From the NCBI GenBank assembly GCA_964477895.1, contig CAYZFQ010000003.1:122243-186242 (forward strand): 64,000 nucleotides of DNA, given 5' to 3'. The notes under the pieces are model-generated. The model saw only the letters and a list, made by a program, of their open reading frames with translations. It ran no database searches and had not been told where the DNA came from. The position numbers were made by a program, and so were the translations under genes. This document shows, in pieces, positions 56,302 to 64,000 of this stretch. The DNA is from an uncultured Bacteriovoracaceae bacterium. Its GTDB lineage: Bacteria; Bdellovibrionota; UBA2428. Each line of letters starts with the position of its first letter. Within the stretch, counting starts at the first letter, position 1.

Positions 56302-58331
56302 GTAGGGTTCTGTGCTCCAAGGTTGGTCGTAGGCGAAACCGTCTGCTGGGTGGGCGGGGTCTCAGCTTGTTGCTTTTGACCAATCCGGCGGAGGGCATCT
56401 ACGGGGGTTAGTTCCACTTCGTCTTGGAGACTATCTAAGTAAGTGTAGGAGTTCAAACCCTCTTCGTAATGACGCATAAGCAGGCGTGCTTCTTCCAAAG
56501 AAATCGTTTTGCGGCTTAAAGCAAGTTCGAGAGCATCTCTCACCTTGCGAACCAATGTGGGCCGGTCGTACTGAACATATCCTAAGACCTCGTTTACGGT
56601 ATCTCCCTCGATCACGTGGTCTATGGCGTATTCTCCCAGCGGGGTGACCGACACGTGCACCGCATCGGTATCTCCAAAGAGGTTATGGAAATCGCCCAAA
56701 ATTTCTTGGTAGGCGCCAATAAGGAACATCCCCACATAATATTCTTCGCCTTCTTTGATACTGTGAAGTTCCAAAGTTTCCTTGATATCTTTGACATCAA
56801 TAAATTTGTCGATTTTCCCGTCGGAATCACAGGTGAGGTCTAAGAGTGTCGCTCGACGAGTGGGCTCTTCTTTGAGGCGGTGAATGGGCATAATGGGAAA
56901 AAGCTGATCCACGGCCCAGGTATCGGGAGCTGATTGGAAGAGTGAAAAATTACAATAGTAGGAATCGGCTAAAAACTTATTGAGCACCGAGACTTCTTCG
57001 GGCGGACGAGAGGCTGTCTCAGCTACGCCAAGGGCTTTGGTGCAAAAGGCACGGAAAAGAGTTTCCATCGTGGCTCGCTGCCGAAGAGTAAAAAAGCCTA
57101 AATTAAACAAACTCATCGAATCATCGCGGAGCTTAAAGGCATCCTGCATATGTTCGTTGAGATTTTTAGCCGTAAGACTCTTATACAAATTATGGAGCTC
57201 AGTGACGGTTTCGTTTTCTTCGGAAGTGGCCTCTGGAGGAATTTCGTTTGTGCGGATCAAATTCGCACCCACAATATTAAATACCAGAATGCTGTGATGG
57301 GCCACTAGAGCTCGGCCTGCTTCGGTCACGATATTAGGGTGAGGTATCCCCCGAGTGTCGCAGGCCGAGGCAATTTGGGCGACCACGTCGTTGGCGTACT
57401 CTTGAACGGTGTAGTTGACCGAATTTTCCCAATTGGTTTGGGATCCATCGTAATCCACGCCAAGGCCCCCACCCACGTCGATGTATTTTAAACCCGCACC
57501 CATGGCAGCCAGTTCTACATAAAGACGAGAAGCCTCAATGAGAGAGTCTTTAATGGCTCGAAGAGCCGTGATCTGGGAACCAATATGAAAGTGCATGAGT
57601 TCCAGGCACGAGAGAAGATTGTTTTTCTCTAAAAGCTCCACTCCCCGAACCATTTCAGCAGCGGTGAGACCAAACTTAGATTTTACACCCGAGCTTTCGA
57701 CCCACTTCCCCGCGCCCCGAGCTTCCAGCTTCGCACGAAAGCCAATTCGAGGGGCAATGTTAAGAGTGCGACTGGCTTTAATCACAGCTTCAAGTTCGGA
57801 AAAGCGCTCGATCACGATAATGGTGTTGCGACCAAGCTTCTGCGAAAGAAGGGCTGTTTCAATATAGTCGGCGTCTTTAAAGCCGTTACAAATTACCAGG
57901 GCCTCGGGATTGTCCATGCAAGCCAAAGCAATAAGAAGCTCTGGCTTAGAGCCCGCCTCAAGACCTAAAGAAGCGTCTCGTCCGTACTTTACAATTTCTT
58001 CTACCAGGTAACGCTGCTGATTCACTTTGATGGGGTAAACGCCACGGTACTTGCCTTTATAGCCAAAACTTTCAAAAGCATTATTAAAGGACTGCGACAT
58101 CATCTTGATGCGCGACTGAACGATATCCGGAAAGCGAATAAGAAGCGGAGTGCGCAGTCCACGACCCTGAAGGTCACAAACCAAGTCATTGAGGTCAATT
58201 CCGATATGATTGGAATTCACACCACTGGGGTGCACCTCAACATTGCCTTTGTCGTTAATTTTAAAATATCCCGCTCCCCAGCTATCGATATTGTAAAGTT
58301 CTGCACTTTTTTTCAGACTCCAAAGATCCAA
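56298..58331 (-). CDS. speA: Biosynthetic arginine decarboxylase
   Basis: 677 aa, SpeA family. ATGA overlap with thrS. Confidence 0.9.
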   Translation of the reverse strand: MDLWSLKKSAELYNIDSWGAGYFKINDKGNVEVHPSGVNSNHIGIDLNDLVCDLQGRGLRTPLLIRFPDIVQSRIKMMSQSFNNAFESFGYKGKYRGVYPIKVNQQRYLVEEIVKYGRDASLGLEAGSKPELLIALACMDNPEALVICNGFKDADYIETALLSQKLGRNTIIVIERFSELEAVIKASRTLNIAPRIGFRAKLEARGAGKWVESSGVKSKFGLTAAEMVRGVELLEKNNLLSCLELMHFHIGSQITALRAIKDSLIEASRLYVELAAMGAGLKYIDVGGGLGVDYDGSQTNWENSVNYTVQEYANDVVAQIASACDTRGIPHPNIVTEAGRALVAHHSILVFNIVGANLIRTNEIPPEATSEENETVTELHNLYKSLTAKNLNEHMQDAFKLRDDSMSLFNLGFFTLRQRATMETLFRAFCTKALGVAETASRPPEEVSVLNKFLADSYYCNFSLFQSAPDTWAVDQLFPIMPIHRLKEEPTRRATLLDLTCDSDGKIDKFIDVKDIKETLELHSIKEGEEYYVGMFLIGAYQEILGDFHNLFGDTDAVHVSVTPLGEYAIDHVIEGDTVNEVLGYVQYDRPTLVRKVRDALELALSRKTISLEEARLLMRHYEEGLNSYTYLDSLQDEVELTPVDALRRIGQKQQAETPPTQQTVSPTTNLGAQNPT

Positions 58332-58405
58332 TTTACAACGCCTCCATTAAGACCGCTTTTCCTAGAATTATTCTGTTTTTCTCACAAGTTATTTTTGGGC
58401 CATTT

Positions 58406-58819
58406 TCATTTTACGCCCAGGAACTCAGGCACAAAACTGTGGGGGAGGAGGTCTTTGAGTTTGTATTTGATTTGAATACCGCTCGGATTAGCGAGGAGAA
58501 TATCCATCTCAGGAGAGCAAAACTCGGCCAGCGCCTGCAGGCAGTGCCCGCATGGGGGGACCGGCTTGGGGGCTTCGGCCACGATGGCCAAGAGGGAGAA
58601 TTTCTTTACTCCCGAGCTCACGGCTTTCACGAGAGCGGTTCTTTCGGCACAAATGGCGGCCGGGTAGCTCACGTTCTCTACATTGCAGCCCGTGAAGACG
58701 CCGGAGGATGACTGGAAAGCTGCGCCCACTTTAAAATTGGAATAAGGCGAGTAAGAGAAATTGCGAGCCGCTACGGCTTCTTTCCAAAGAGATTTTTCGG
58801 CATCGGTAAAGGTGGACAT
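58406..58819 (-). CDS. cdd: Cytidine deaminase
   Basis: Zinc motifs CAERTA and PCGHCLQ. Confidence 0.85.
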   Translation of the reverse strand: MSTFTDAEKSLWKEAVAARNFSYSPYSNFKVGAAFQSSSGVFTGCNVENVSYPAAICAERTALVKAVSSGVKKFSLLAIVAEAPKPVPPCGHCLQALAEFCSPEMDILLANPSGIQIKYKLKDLLPHSFVPEFLGVK

Positions 58820-58952
58820 GCGGGCGATATTATCAGCGGATTTTGAGGGTGCAAGGGGAGGAGACTTCTAGAGTATACGTATGACGCAGTGGATATTGGC
58901 CCTCCAACTATCGGACTCTCGTCCACTTCGTAGGAACACAGACATCATCTGA

Positions 58953-59030
58953 TGTAGGAAGTTATCATTTTTTGACTACATACGAATTGAATCGATGAGA
59001 GATGTAGTCAAAAAATGATAACTTCCTACA
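58953..59030. repeat. 29-bp perfect inverted repeat with 20-nt spacer (intergenic, cdd-hemB)
   Basis: TGTAGGAAGTTATCATTTTTTGACTACAT (58953-58981) is the exact reverse complement of ATGTAGTCAAAAAATGATAACTTCCTACA (59002-59030). Spacer is ACGAATTGAATCGATGAGAG. Confidence 0.85.
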
Positions 59031-59106
59031 ATATCTCGACTCGGCAATTTAACGTTGGCAAATTCGTCTCCGAAATCAAATTTTATGCGTGATCCAAGGC
59101 CGCAGC

Positions 59107-60084
59107 CTACTTGCGAAGCAACTTCGCGGCTTCCACCGCCCAGTAAGTCAAAATAAACTGCGCCCCGGCGCGCTTAAAGCTCAGCAGACTTTCCATAAAG
59201 ACTTTCTGCTCATCCACCCAGCCCTGAGCTGCGGCGGCCTTCACCATCGAGTACTCCCCACTCACATGATACACACCCACAGGAATTGGCGATTCATTGG
59301 TGACCTCTCGCAAAATATCAAGGCAGGGAATCCCTGGCTTAACCAAAAGCATGTCGGCTCCTTGGTCCACGTCGAGCCGCGCCTCCCGTAAAGCCTCTTT
59401 ACGATTGGCCACGTCCATTTGATAAGTTTTTCGGTCTCCAAACTGTGGGGCGTTCTCTGCGGCCTCACGGAAGGGGCCATAAAAACTCGAGGCGTATTTC
59501 ACTGCATATGAGCAAAGGCTAATGTGATTTTTATTATCTTTGTCTAGCGCCAAGCGCATCTTCGCAATCATGGAGTCCACCATGCCGGATGGTGCAATAA
59601 TATTTGCGCCCGCATTCGCGTAACACAATGCCATTTTTTCAAGTCCAGCCAAAGTGGCCTCACGCTCACGCAACTGAGATTCCACATGCATGGGCCCACA
59701 ATGGCCATGACTCGTATATTCGCAGTAACAGGCATCAGCGAATAAATTTACATCGCCCAACTCTTTGCGATACTTTCGCAAAGCTTCGGCCACCGGACCT
59801 TTTTCGTCCCAAGCCTTTTCTCCACCCGGACTTTTGTCGGCGGAATCCACAATGCCAAACAAAATAAAACTTTTAACTCCGAGTTCTCGGGCCTCAGTTA
59901 CAAATTTTAACGAATCTTCCACCGACCACTGGCGCACGCCAGGCATGGAGGAAATATCTCGGCTCTTTGTGTGATTTAGAAATAGAGGAAGTACGAGGTC
60001 TTGGCTGCGCAAAGAATTTTCGGCCACCAGATCTCTTAAAGCAGAACTGCTTCGAAGACGTTCAGGACTATGCATGCCTCGCAT
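59107..60084 (-). CDS. hemB: Porphobilinogen synthase (delta-aminolevulinate dehydratase)
   Basis: 325 aa. Conserved ALAD motifs including active-site lysines. Confidence 0.9.
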   Translation of the reverse strand: MRGMHSPERLRSSSALRDLVAENSLRSQDLVLPLFLNHTKSRDISSMPGVRQWSVEDSLKFVTEARELGVKSFILFGIVDSADKSPGGEKAWDEKGPVAEALRKYRKELGDVNLFADACYCEYTSHGHCGPMHVESQLREREATLAGLEKMALCYANAGANIIAPSGMVDSMIAKMRLALDKDNKNHISLCSYAVKYASSFYGPFREAAENAPQFGDRKTYQMDVANRKEALREARLDVDQGADMLLVKPGIPCLDILREVTNESPIPVGVYHVSGEYSMVKAAAAQGWVDEQKVFMESLLSFKRAGAQFILTYWAVEAAKLLRK

Positions 60085-60129
60085 CTAAAAAGAAAAGCCC
60101 GATTCTCTCAAGGAGAATCAGGCCTTTTC
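60085..60129. terminator. Bidirectional hairpin terminator abutting the hemB start codon
   Basis: GCCC-GATTCTC-TCAAG-GAGAATC-A-GGC hairpin (60097-60123) flanked by an A-run (60086-60096) and TTTT (60125-60128). Confidence 0.5.
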
Positions 60130-60167
60130 GCATGAAGGGCCCTTCAGCCCTAGCCTTACAACCGTTT

Positions 60168-60311
60168 TTAGCGACTTGCTTCGCCAGTCAACGGAACGTG
60201 TGCTCTGTATTGCTCGTTATGTGAAGCCGTATCGCGGTTTTCTTTCGAACCACAAGCGCTGGTCACAACCGAGAGAAGCAAGATTCCCAGAATCCAAAAT
60301 GATCGTTTCAT
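60168..60311 (-). CDS. Small lipoprotein (47 aa), below the ORF-track cutoff
   Basis: ATG 60311 is preceded by a GGGGGAG SD. Sequence MKRSFWILGILLLSVVTSAC|GSKENRDTASHNEQYRAHVPLTGEASR. Followed on the minus strand by the 60085-60129 terminator. Confidence 0.45.
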   Translation of the reverse strand: MKRSFWILGILLLSVVTSACGSKENRDTASHNEQYRAHVPLTGEASR

Positions 60312-60587
60312 AAACTCCCCCAATCCTGATGTTAGTGCCAAATAGACCTTCTAGTTATTGGACTCCTGAAAAAAGTATTTAGGTTAATCTTTCTTCTAAA
60401 ATCCTTCCAAAACGCGTCCTACTTACAGACTACTCGCGTTCTTATCTACGGCAATGCTATTTATCGGCAAGATGGCTCAAAAATCTGACGCTGTGACAAC
60501 TTGTGTTGGCAGAAATTCTTCACGAAATCTTAACTTTTGCGTAGGCAATTTCAGGGTATCCTGAAAGGAGCAGCAAAGGAGGAACGT

Positions 60588-60794
60588 ATGAGGAAAGCTG
60601 TTGGAGTTTTATTCTTAGGCGCCCTCAGCTGGGCTTTGACTGCTGAAGCGGGGATAGCCCCTCGTAAAAAGCCACCGATCCGCTTGCCGAGTAGCCAAAA
60701 AATTCTCAACCCCGCTCCCTCGAATTACGAAGTCAGCCCTGATGGAAGCATTCATTTTAAAGACATTCGCAAAGTCAAAAAATCACGAAAATAA
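60588..60794 (+). CDS. Small secreted basic protein (68 aa)
   Basis: AAGGAGG SD before ATG 60588. Signal peptide MRKAVGVLFLGALSWALTAEA. The ORF track started at 60537. Confidence 0.5.
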   Translation: MRKAVGVLFLGALSWALTAEAGIAPRKKPPIRLPSSQKILNPAPSNYEVSPDGSIHFKDIRKVKKSRK

Positions 60795-62006
60795 ACGAGG
60801 GGCTCGACTCAAAAGCAGTTGCCCACTTTTATTTAAAAAATACTCTGCAGGAATGGGCCGACAATTGTAATGGGAAGCCATCACATATCCATAAGCACCC
60901 ACCCCTTCGATCACAAAAAAATCATTCTCCTGAGGACTTGTAAAACTTCGGTCTCGTCCTAAAACATCAGAACTTTCGCAAACCGGACCGACCACATCAA
61001 AATTCTTTTGTTCGCCCAGGTTTTTCGCACGTAGGGGGCCCATGGGATGCACGGCCTGATAAAGGGCCGGACGCAGAAGCTCTGTCATGCTCGCGTCCAC
61101 AATGAGGAAGTTTTTCTTAAGCGTGGATTTTGTTCCTAAAACTCGAGTCACTAAAAAACCCGCCTGGGCGACGAGGGCCCTTCCTAATTCATTATAAACG
61201 AGAGCCTCAGACCCCTGCAGAGCCTGCCATTCACGCGTTGTCTGGGCCACAAGTTTGCCATAGGCGCTAAAGGGCGGGAGCTTCTGGGGCTCCGAATAGG
61301 GCACCCCTAAGCCGCCCCCAACGTCTAAAATTTTAAGCGAATGACCTTGAACTTTAAGCTCCTTCGCAAAATCCAGAGTGAGTTTTAGAGCCGAGGCCAA
61401 GGCCGAGAGGTCGAGCATCTGAGAACCAATATGCACGCTAATTCCATTCATTTTAAGGTGAGGGGACGACTTTAAGCGAGTGGCTAACTTTTGAGCCTCA
61501 TTAAAATCAATTCCAAACTTATGCTCGTGTAGGCCTGTTGAAATATAGGGATGACTTTTGGCATCCACATCGGGATTCACACGAAAGGCAATTTGCGCTT
61601 GAGTTCCCAGCTCGGCACAACATTCTTCCAGGCGTTGCAACTCGCCTTCACTCTCCACCACGATTAAATCCACCCGAGCTTTAAGTGCAGACCTTAGCTC
61701 CCCTCGACTTTTGCCCACCCCCGAGAAAATCATATCGGAGCTCGCAAAGCCGCTACTTTTCGCCACCTCTAATTCAAAGCCTGAAACTAAATCCACCCCA
61801 CAATTCTTAGACAAGAAGAACTTTAGGACATCGGGATTTGTATTGGATTTTAAGGCAAAGTGGGTATGAACAAATTTCACCTCGGCCCCTAAAGATTCTT
61901 GGTAGGCCGACCATAAAGTTTCAAGATGCCTCTCAGTATAAAGATAAAAGGGAGTGCTGAGGGGTTCCAGATCTTCTGTGAGAATATCTCCTAAATGCGG
62001 TAGCAT
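60783..62006 (-). CDS. lysA: Diaminopimelate decarboxylase
   Basis: Fold-III PLP decarboxylase motifs. Start set at ATG 62006 (MLPHLGDIL...TPFYLY), 4 nt after the lysC stop. The longer ORF-track start would overlap lysC. Confidence 0.85.
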   Translation of the reverse strand: MLPHLGDILTEDLEPLSTPFYLYTERHLETLWSAYQESLGAEVKFVHTHFALKSNTNPDVLKFFLSKNCGVDLVSGFELEVAKSSGFASSDMIFSGVGKSRGELRSALKARVDLIVVESEGELQRLEECCAELGTQAQIAFRVNPDVDAKSHPYISTGLHEHKFGIDFNEAQKLATRLKSSPHLKMNGISVHIGSQMLDLSALASALKLTLDFAKELKVQGHSLKILDVGGGLGVPYSEPQKLPPFSAYGKLVAQTTREWQALQGSEALVYNELGRALVAQAGFLVTRVLGTKSTLKKNFLIVDASMTELLRPALYQAVHPMGPLRAKNLGEQKNFDVVGPVCESSDVLGRDRSFTSPQENDFFVIEGVGAYGYVMASHYNCRPIPAEYFLNKSGQLLLSRAPRLFS

Positions 62007-62010
62007 GACT

Positions 62011-63225
62011 TCACTGTGCCAGCTTAAAGACATCATGCAAAGTAGCCACGGTCTTATCTTTGTCCACCGCATCGATCAGCACCGAAACTTTAATTTCACT
62101 TGTTGTGATAAGGAGGCTGGGAACTTGGATCTTTTCTAGACTTTCAAAAAGAGTCGCGGCAACCCCTGAATGAGTGCGCATCCCAATTCCCACAATGGAA
62201 ACCTTCACCACATTTTCTTTTTGAATTCGGGCCTTGGAAGTCGCCAATAGCTCAAGAGCCTTTTTTCCCTCATCCCGGGGGACGGTAAAATTCACATTAC
62301 AAAGGCCTTCTGCGTCGGGTGCCGTTTTAACAATTACATCCACGTTGATTCCGGCATCTGCCAAGGGCCGCAAAAATTTTGCAGGATAGCGCGCTTCGCT
62401 TTCTTTGAGAGTGAGGGCCAAGAGACACTCGGCCGAATCACTGGTGATTGACGACACGACTGGGGATTCTAACATTTCAGACTCCTTTAAAATTGTGGTG
62501 GCCCCACCCTCGGGATCAAAGGTGGAGAGGACTCGCAACTTAAGATCAAATTTAGCCGCTAACTCTACGGAACGCATATGCAAAACCTTCGCCCCTAAAC
62601 TCGCAAGCTCCATCATTTCTGAAAAAGAAATTTCTTTTATAACCCGAGCTTGAGGAACAATTCGCGGATCAGCGGTAAAAACTCCCACCACATCGGTATA
62701 GATATCGCATCGAGACGCCTGTATAGCCGCCGCGATGGCCACTGCCGAAGTGTCTGAACCTCCGCGCCCAAGGGTCGTAATAAAACTTTCACCCTCATCA
62801 TTTTTTCGAACCCCTTGGAAACCCGCGATGACGGGGACCACTCCGGCCTCGAGATATTTTTTCAGCAAGTCGGTCCGGATGTTTTGAATTCGCGCCTTTG
62901 TAAAAAGGTCATCGGTTTCAATGCCCACCTGAAAGCCCAACAGCGGCACCGCAGGGATTCCCCGTTGACTCAAGGCAATGGCTACCAAAGCACAGCTCAC
63001 CTGCTCACCGGAGGCCAAAAGCATATCGTAAGCCGTAGGATCGGGCTGAGCGCTAAGCTCGTAGGCCATTTCCACCAGTTTGTTTGTTTGTCCGGCCATC
63101 GCCGAAACCACCACGACATTTTGCTCAGTCTGTTCCTTGAGAGCAATAAGGTCGGCCACTTTGGCAATGCGCTCTAAACTTCCAACAGAAGTCCCTCCAA
63201 ATTTTTGCACCACAAGCTGTCGCAA
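62011..63225 (-). CDS. lysC: Aspartate kinase
   Basis: 404 aa. N-terminal VVQKFGGTSV kinase motif. C-terminal ACT domains. Confidence 0.9.
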   Translation of the reverse strand: MRQLVVQKFGGTSVGSLERIAKVADLIALKEQTEQNVVVVSAMAGQTNKLVEMAYELSAQPDPTAYDMLLASGEQVSCALVAIALSQRGIPAVPLLGFQVGIETDDLFTKARIQNIRTDLLKKYLEAGVVPVIAGFQGVRKNDEGESFITTLGRGGSDTSAVAIAAAIQASRCDIYTDVVGVFTADPRIVPQARVIKEISFSEMMELASLGAKVLHMRSVELAAKFDLKLRVLSTFDPEGGATTILKESEMLESPVVSSITSDSAECLLALTLKESEARYPAKFLRPLADAGINVDVIVKTAPDAEGLCNVNFTVPRDEGKKALELLATSKARIQKENVVKVSIVGIGMRTHSGVAATLFESLEKIQVPSLLITTSEIKVSVLIDAVDKDKTVATLHDVFKLAQ

Positions 63226-63226
63226 T

Positions 63227-64000
63227 TTAGTAATCCTCTTTTAAGAAGTGTGTGCCTAAAGATTTCGGATTTCGCAAGGCTGAATACAAAAGTAGAGTCG
63301 CCACCAAAACCCCATTGCGGAGTCCCAAGAGCTCCTCAGACAGAGCACTTTCGCGGTAAAAGGATTCAATCTCAAAACGCAGCTCCCCAATCATTTTTTC
63401 GGCGCGCTCTAAACGGCGCTCCGATCGCACCAAGCCCACATAATTCCACAAGGTCTGCTTGAGAAGTTTCCAGTCTTGCTGAAGAAGGGCGGGATCGACT
63501 CGACGCTCTTCATGCACCCATTCGCGAGCCTGGAAATCCAGGGTGATACTTTGGGCACGCTCGGCGGCAGCTTTGCCCGCACGCTCTCCAAAAACTACGG
63601 CCTCAAGAAGCGAGGTCGAAGCCAAACGGTTGGCCCCATGCAAACCCGAGCAAGCCACCTCGCCTACAGCAAAAAGTCCGGCCAAATTGCTTCTTCCGTC
63701 CAAATCTGCCCAAACTCCACCCAAAGTATAGTGGGCCGCCGGGACCACGGGGATCAAGTCTTGAAGCGGGTCAAAACCCTTTTCGGCCAGTAACTTCACG
63801 ATCGCCGGAAATTTTTCTTTGAGATCTTCAACGGGACGCAGATCCATCCACACATGGGGCGACTGCTCCTCAATCATAGAATCATGAATGGACCGAGCCA
63901 CGATATCCCGGGCCGCAAGTTCATCTACGATAGACTTGCGAGCAAAACTTAAAAGTTTAGCGCCATGGCCCCGAAGGGCTTCGGTCAGCAACTTGCGAGG
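63227..64000 (-). CDS. nadB: L-aspartate oxidase, C-terminal part (gene continues beyond the window)
   Basis: C-terminal NadB/FRD-flavoprotein-like region (HYTLGGVWADLDGRSNLAGLFAVGEVACSGLHGANRLASTSL). Confidence 0.8.
   Translation of the reverse strand, partial: PRKLLTEALRGHGAKLLSFARKSIVDELAARDIVARSIHDSMIEEQSPHVWMDLRPVEDLKEKFPAIVKLLAEKGFDPLQDLIPVVPAAHYTLGGVWADLDGRSNLAGLFAVGEVACSGLHGANRLASTSLLEAVVFGERAGKAAAERAQSITLDFQAREWVHEERRVDPALLQQDWKLLKQTLWNYVGLVRSERRLERAEKMIGELRFEIESFYRESALSEELLGLRNGVLVATLLLYSALRNPKSLGTHFLKEDY

Noticed and set aside
58870-59030. Possibility that the two big palindromes are synthetic/polylinker-like (GAATTC, GTATAC, GTTAAC, TCTAGA sites) or CRISPR-like
   Set aside because: The truB palindrome is in-frame within a conserved gene. 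The 29-bp IR is single-copy with no spacer-repeat periodicity, so it is not a CRISPR. The restriction-site content is plausibly coincidental for palindromic DNA.

Overview
This 64-kb window looks like a mostly core chromosomal region from a delta-proteobacterium-like predatory genome, possibly Bdellovibrionota. The organism guess rests on family content only: a TIGR02147 paralogue, an S46 peptidase, a PilZ protein and a prepilin-like protein. Almost every gene is on the minus strand.

Conserved blocks:
- sdhCAB (type B succinate dehydrogenase), then an acyl-CoA dehydrogenase, crotonase, 3-hydroxyacyl-CoA dehydrogenase and dut.
- rimP-nusA-infB-truB-rpsO-pnp followed by an M16 peptidase. rbfA is absent between infB and truB.
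- speA-thrS-infC ... rpmI-rplT-pheS-pheT, then cdd, hemB, lysA-lysC and the start of nadB. Two genes (a prepilin-like protein and a secreted hypothetical) are inserted between infC and rpmI.

Accessory content:
- A RelE/ParE toxin plus antitoxin next to a tyrosine recombinase (2.2-4.1 kb).
- A complete insertion sequence (8388-9647) with 21-bp terminal inverted repeats (TIRs) and a zinc-ribbon transposase, sitting 3 bp after the sdhB stop.
- A tRNA-Arg(TCT) flanked by a GNAT acetyltransferase, a membrane protein and a Gly-rich repeat lipoprotein.
- An S46 dipeptidyl-peptidase, a PilZ protein, PrkA, and a MerR / inositol-3-phosphate synthase / ChrA operon.

Most unusual sequence-level signals:
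- A 44-bp near-perfect palindrome inside the truB coding frame.
- A 29-bp perfect inverted repeat with a 20-nt loop between cdd and hemB.
- A roughly 30-nt terminator-like module present three times (GGCGCCTGGCGC + T-tract + CATGTAGGC).
- infC appears to start at a non-canonical codon and carries a Pro/Gly-rich C-terminal tail.

No CRISPR array and no recognisable classical defence operon were found. Everything here is reasoned from the sequence and the ORF translations alone; no database search was run.
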